A stretch of 64,000 nt of DNA from assembly GCA_964291235.2 (NCBI GenBank), contig OZ219815.1:512001-576000 (forward strand). The letters run 5' to 3'. The DNA comes from Vicinamibacteria bacterium (GTDB taxonomy: Bacteria; Acidobacteriota; Vicinamibacteria; Marinacidobacterales; Marinacidobacteraceae). Each line of letters begins with the position of its first letter. Within the stretch, counting starts at the first letter, position 1. The position numbers and the translations under genes are program-made. The notes beneath the pieces were generated by a model. The model was given only the letters and a program-made list of their open reading frames with translations, did not search any database and was not told the DNA's origin. This document shows positions 60,120-64,000 of this stretch, piece after piece.

Positions 60120-60923
60120 GTGCGCCTGCTGCTCGGGCAACTCGCCTACCTCAATACCCAGCCGTTCGAGCCCTTTCCGGGCCTGCGCGTCTTCCGGGCA
60201 TCTCCGTCCGAGATCGGCCGTCTGGCGGCGGCCTCCGAACTGGACGCCGGGCTTCTCTCGGTCGGAGATCTGCTGCGTTGCGAACGAGAGTACTCGCCGC
60301 TCGGTGACGCGCGGGGCGCCTTCGGAATCGCCTGCCGCAAGCGGGCGGGAAGCGTCTTCCTCCTTTCGCGGCACCCGCCGGAACAACTCGGGGGCAAGGT
60401 TGTCGAAATCACCAGGGAGACGTCGACCTCGGTGCTGCTCCTGCGCCTCTGGCTGGAACACAAGCTCGGTCTCGAGCTCCCGCGGTACCGCTCGGGGGTT
60501 ACCCGGGAGCACGACGCGTTGCTACTCATCGGGGACGAAGCGCTTCGGGAGCGGGAACGGCCCGACTCACGGTTTGCCTTCCGTATCGATCTCGCCGCCT
60601 GCTGGCGGGAATGGACCGGACTTCCGTTCGTCTTCGCGATCTGGAGCGCCCGGAGGTCGTTGACTTCCGCGAAGCGGTCGAAACTCCACGAAACCATCGC
60701 CACTTCGCTCGAGCGCGGGGTTGCGAGGATCCCCGAGATAGCGGCCGAGGCGCCAGGGCCGCTCGGCGACCGTTCGGCCATCACGCACTACCTCTCGGAT
60801 TTCACGTACCGTTTCGGAGAAATGGAGCGCCGGGGCTTCGGGATGTTCCGGCAACTGGCGATGGAAGCAAATCTGATTTCCTCTGCGGACGAGATGCAGG
60901 AGACCAACGGCGCGTCATGTTGA
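60120..60923 (+). CDS. mqnA: Chorismate dehydratase MqnA
   Basis: LAYLNTQP, GSVFL, TSTSVLL, LLIGDEAL, WREWTGLPFVFAIW. Confidence 0.9.
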   Translation: MRLLLGQLAYLNTQPFEPFPGLRVFRASPSEIGRLAAASELDAGLLSVGDLLRCEREYSPLGDARGAFGIACRKRAGSVFLLSRHPPEQLGGKVVEITRETSTSVLLLRLWLEHKLGLELPRYRSGVTREHDALLLIGDEALRERERPDSRFAFRIDLAACWREWTGLPFVFAIWSARRSLTSAKRSKLHETIATSLERGVARIPEIAAEAPGPLGDRSAITHYLSDFTYRFGEMERRGFGMFRQLAMEANLISSADEMQETNGASC

Positions 60924-62023
60924 ACAAAGCGATGGACCGGATCCGGCGCAAGGTGGAAACCCGGGTGCGCCTCTCGGAGGCCGATGCCAGGTGGCTGATG
61001 GATGAGGCTCCGCTTCTGTTTCTCGGCGAGCTCGCCAACCACGACCGCTTTCGCCGGCATCCCGACCGGGAAGTCACATTCGTGGTGGACACGAATCCCA
61101 ACTACACGAACGTCTGTGAGGTGGACTGCACTTTCTGCGCCTTCTACCGACCTCCGGGACACGCGGAGGCCTATACCCATTCGGTCGAGGAGATGCTGGA
61201 GCGAATCGGCGGGGCGGTCGAGCAGGGAGCCACCACCGTGCTCCTCCAGGGCGGGGTGAACGAATCGCTACCGCTCGACTACTACCTGGATCTGGTGCGC
61301 GGAACGCGCGAGCGTTTTCCGGAGGTAACGCCGCACTATTGGTCGGCCGTCGAAGTGGAAGGGATGGCCAAGGTGAGCGGGCTCAGTATTCGCGAGGTGC
61401 TCACCAGGCTCAAGGAAGCGGGTCAGGACACGCTCCCCGGAGGCGGCGCCGAAATCCTCAGCGATCGCGTCCGACGCAAGGTCTCCCACAAGAAGGGAGG
61501 AGCGGCTGCCTGGCTCGACGTCCATCGGGATGCTCATGCCGTCGGATTCGTGAGTACGGCAACCATGATGTACGGCCACGTGGAAACCAGTCAGGACGTG
61601 GTCACGCACCTGCTGAGCGTGCGCGACCTGCAGGACGAGTTCCATGGTTTCACGGCATTCGTGCCGTGGAGCTTCAAGCCGGGAAACACTCCCCTCGTCC
61701 GGAAAATTCCCCACTACGCGGGGCCGAACGATTACCTCCGCATCCTCGGCGTTTCGCGCCTCGTGCTGGACAACTTCGATCACATCCAGGCGTCGTGGTT
61801 CAGCGAGGGCAAGAAGGCCGGCCAGGTAGGACTGCACTGGGGCGCCGACGACTTCGGAGGCACTCTGCTCGAAGAAAACGTCCACGCGTGTACCGGTTTC
61901 ATCAACCGGACAAGCATCGACGAAGTGCAGATCCTGATCCGGGAGGCCGGATTCACTCCGGTCCAAAGGGACACCAAGTACCGCGTGCTGCGGCCGGGAG
62001 AGGCAGCCGCGACTTCGGCCTGA
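60917..62023 (+). CDS. mqnC: Cyclic dehypoxanthine futalosine synthase MqnC (radical SAM)
   Basis: VVDTNPNYTNVCEVDCTFCAFY, LLQGG, LPGGGAEIL, HIQASW, GADDFGGTLLEENVH. Confidence 0.93.
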   Translation: MLNKAMDRIRRKVETRVRLSEADARWLMDEAPLLFLGELANHDRFRRHPDREVTFVVDTNPNYTNVCEVDCTFCAFYRPPGHAEAYTHSVEEMLERIGGAVEQGATTVLLQGGVNESLPLDYYLDLVRGTRERFPEVTPHYWSAVEVEGMAKVSGLSIREVLTRLKEAGQDTLPGGGAEILSDRVRRKVSHKKGGAAAWLDVHRDAHAVGFVSTATMMYGHVETSQDVVTHLLSVRDLQDEFHGFTAFVPWSFKPGNTPLVRKIPHYAGPNDYLRILGVSRLVLDNFDHIQASWFSEGKKAGQVGLHWGADDFGGTLLEENVHACTGFINRTSIDEVQILIREAGFTPVQRDTKYRVLRPGEAAATSA

Positions 62024-62045
62024 GCGACCCGGTCGGTCGGGAATC

Positions 62046-63362
62046 GTGACCTGGGCGTTCGGGGCGGCACTCCTCGGCGTACTGGCGCTTTCGGCCTTCT
62101 TCTCGGGCTCGGAAACCGCCTTCATGGCGGTGCGGCTCCACCGGTTGCGCGCCCGGGCACCCCGAAGCCGGAAGGCCGCCGCCGTCCTTCGCGTCGCGGA
62201 GCATCCGGAGCGCTTTCTGGGCGCAATCCTGACCGGAAACGTCTTCGCCAACGTACTCGCGGGGGTGCTGGCCACGGTGGTCTTGTCCGCGGGGGCCGAA
62301 ACGGGCGAGGAGCGGGCTCGCGCGGCGACCCTCGCGACGCTCCTCGTCGGAGCTGCCCTGCTCGTCTTCGGCGAGATGGTTCCCAAGAGCATCGCCTCCC
62401 GCCACTCGGAGAGATGGTCCCTGAGCATGGTGCGTCCCGTGCAGGGACTGCTGTGGCTCCTCGGGCCCATCGCCGCCGCACTTTCCTGGCTGGTGACCAA
62501 CCTCTTGAGAGTCTTCGGCATCTCGCGCCCGGCGCGGGAAGCGGCCATCAGCGCCGCCGAGATGCGGGAAAGCCTCCGCTTCGGACCTCCGGACACCGAC
62601 GTGGTGGAAAAGCAGGTTCTGGTGCAGCTCGCCGACGCCACCGGACGGCGGCTCACCGAGGTCATGACTCCGAGACGCGCCATCGTGTCGGTTCCCTTCG
62701 GTGCGGGAGTTGCCGAAACGATGCGGCTTTTTCGCCAGCACGGGCATACCCGGCTTCCGGTGGTGGGCAGCACTCTCGACGATGTCCGGGGCGTCATGGA
62801 TCTCCGGGAGGTCCTTCCCGTGGTCGAATCCGGGGGTGAATTCCGCCCGGAGAACCACGTGACGCCGGCCCGGTTCTCTCCCGGCACCGCCACCCTGGCG
62901 CAGGCGCTCGTCCAGATGCGCGACGGATCCTGCCGGATGCTCATCGTGGTGGACGAACATGGAGGGGTCGAAGGCCTGGTTACTTCCAGTTCGCTCCTCG
63001 GGGCCATTCGCGGCCCCTGGCCCGGCGACCGGCCTCCCGGGCCCGGAGGCAGCCTGGTGCTCGATGGAACGCTGACCGTGTCCGAGGCGAACGACGAACT
63101 CGCGCAGTACGGGACCGGCGCGCACGCTTCGGACGAGCGGATCGAGATCCCGCCGGGAGACGACTACGACACCGTGGCCGGGTTTGTGCTGGCCCGGACC
63201 GGCAGAATTCCCGACGAGGGAGAAACCGTTCCGGTCCCAGGTGCGGTCCTCCGGGTGATCGCCGTGGATCGGCACCGGATCACTCGGCTGCGCGTCGAAC
63301 CCGTGCCCCGGGAGCCGGGTGATACCGGGAAGAGCAAGGATGGCGGTTCGGGCGACGTCTGA
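62046..63362 (+). CDS. Hemolysin-family CNNM/CBS/CorC transporter-associated protein
   Basis: SAFFSGSETA, FGEMVPK, VMTPR, HTRLPV, VVDEHGGVEGLVT, DYDTVAGFV. Confidence 0.92.
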   Translation: MTWAFGAALLGVLALSAFFSGSETAFMAVRLHRLRARAPRSRKAAAVLRVAEHPERFLGAILTGNVFANVLAGVLATVVLSAGAETGEERARAATLATLLVGAALLVFGEMVPKSIASRHSERWSLSMVRPVQGLLWLLGPIAAALSWLVTNLLRVFGISRPAREAAISAAEMRESLRFGPPDTDVVEKQVLVQLADATGRRLTEVMTPRRAIVSVPFGAGVAETMRLFRQHGHTRLPVVGSTLDDVRGVMDLREVLPVVESGGEFRPENHVTPARFSPGTATLAQALVQMRDGSCRMLIVVDEHGGVEGLVTSSSLLGAIRGPWPGDRPPGPGGSLVLDGTLTVSEANDELAQYGTGAHASDERIEIPPGDDYDTVAGFVLARTGRIPDEGETVPVPGAVLRVIAVDRHRITRLRVEPVPREPGDTGKSKDGGSGDV

Positions 63363-64000
63363 TTCCGAACTCCCCGTGAAGCCCCGGAGCCTTCGGCACG
63401 CGGTGCTGCGGACTCTCAAGGAGGCGCTCGCGGCCGCGCTGGAGTGGTTTCCGGGCGACGCCGGGAACCGGTCGGTGCTTGTCGGGTTTTCCGGGGGTGT
63501 GGACTCCACAGCCCTCCTCCACCTGCTCACGGCGCCCGGCGGCCTCGCCGAGAGAGCCGGCGGACCCGTCGTGGTGGCGGCGCATCTCGACCATCGGCTG
63601 CGGCCCGACTCCGGCGAGCAGGCCCGGTTCGCAGGCGCCGTCGCGGCCTCCCTCAAAATTGAATGTGTCAGCGCCCGGCGGGACGTGAGCGCCCGCGCCC
63701 GCCGGGAGCGACGTTCGCTAGAGGAAGCCGGCCGGCGCGCGCGGCTTGATTTCTTCGCGGACGTCGCTCGGGAAAAGGGCGCCAGCGCCGTTTTGCTCGG
63801 ACACACGCTGACCGACCAGTCCGAAACCCTGCTCCTTCAGTTGGTCCGGGGCGCCGGAACTCTGGGGCTCGGCGCCATGGCTCCCGTCCGCACCGACGAA
63901 AGAGGATTCGTGATCGTCCGGCCGCTGCTCTCCGTCTCGCGGACCGAGATCGCTCGACTCGTCGGGGAAGAGGGGTGGCCGTCCTACCGCGACCCGTCGA
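63340..64000 (+). CDS. tilS: tRNA(Ile)-lysidine synthetase TilS (runs off window end)
   Basis: Translated by hand: VLVGFSGGVDSTALLHLL, AHLDHRLR, LEEAGRRAR, GHTLTDQSETLLLQLVRGAG, IVRPLL, YRDPS. Confidence 0.93.
   Translation, partial: MAVRATSDSELPVKPRSLRHAVLRTLKEALAAALEWFPGDAGNRSVLVGFSGGVDSTALLHLLTAPGGLAERAGGPVVVAAHLDHRLRPDSGEQARFAGAVAASLKIECVSARRDVSARARRERRSLEEAGRRARLDFFADVAREKGASAVLLGHTLTDQSETLLLQLVRGAGTLGLGAMAPVRTDERGFVIVRPLLSVSRTEIARLVGEEGWPSYRDPS

Overview
High-GC bacterial chromosomal window with about 52 protein-coding loci. I saw no rRNA, tRNA, CRISPR array or intact transposase. The gene inventory suggests Acidobacteriota (inference only): a carboxypeptidase-domain TonB receptor, a sulfatase-TPR lipoprotein, a BNR-repeat glycosyl hydrolase and the futalosine menaquinone pathway. 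Left half (accessory/metabolic): TonB receptor; five toxin-antitoxin loci or remnants; Dcp peptidase; MacAB-like exporter; two small catabolic operons; a three-gene cluster of uncharacterised exported proteins; a liu/atu carboxylase operon containing AtuA; and a lipoprotein-signalled D-cysteine-desulfhydrase-family enzyme. Right half (core): yebC-ruvC-ruvA-[membrane MutS]-ruvB-queA-ridA; an SbnI-like kinase; a liv-type ABC transporter; a ~450-aa protein of ~79 RKKx(S/T) pentamers (histone H1-like); mqnP-ubiX-mqnE-mqnA-mqnC; a CBS/hemolysin-family gene; and tilS. The strongest non-coding signal is a ~50-nt double-hairpin repeat family (9 copies). Its stems show compensatory changes and mostly 3-nt loops, and the copies pair into ~185-220-bp inverted-repeat elements. 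Several genes carry single-base indels in short homopolymer runs, most simply explained as long-read assembly errors.
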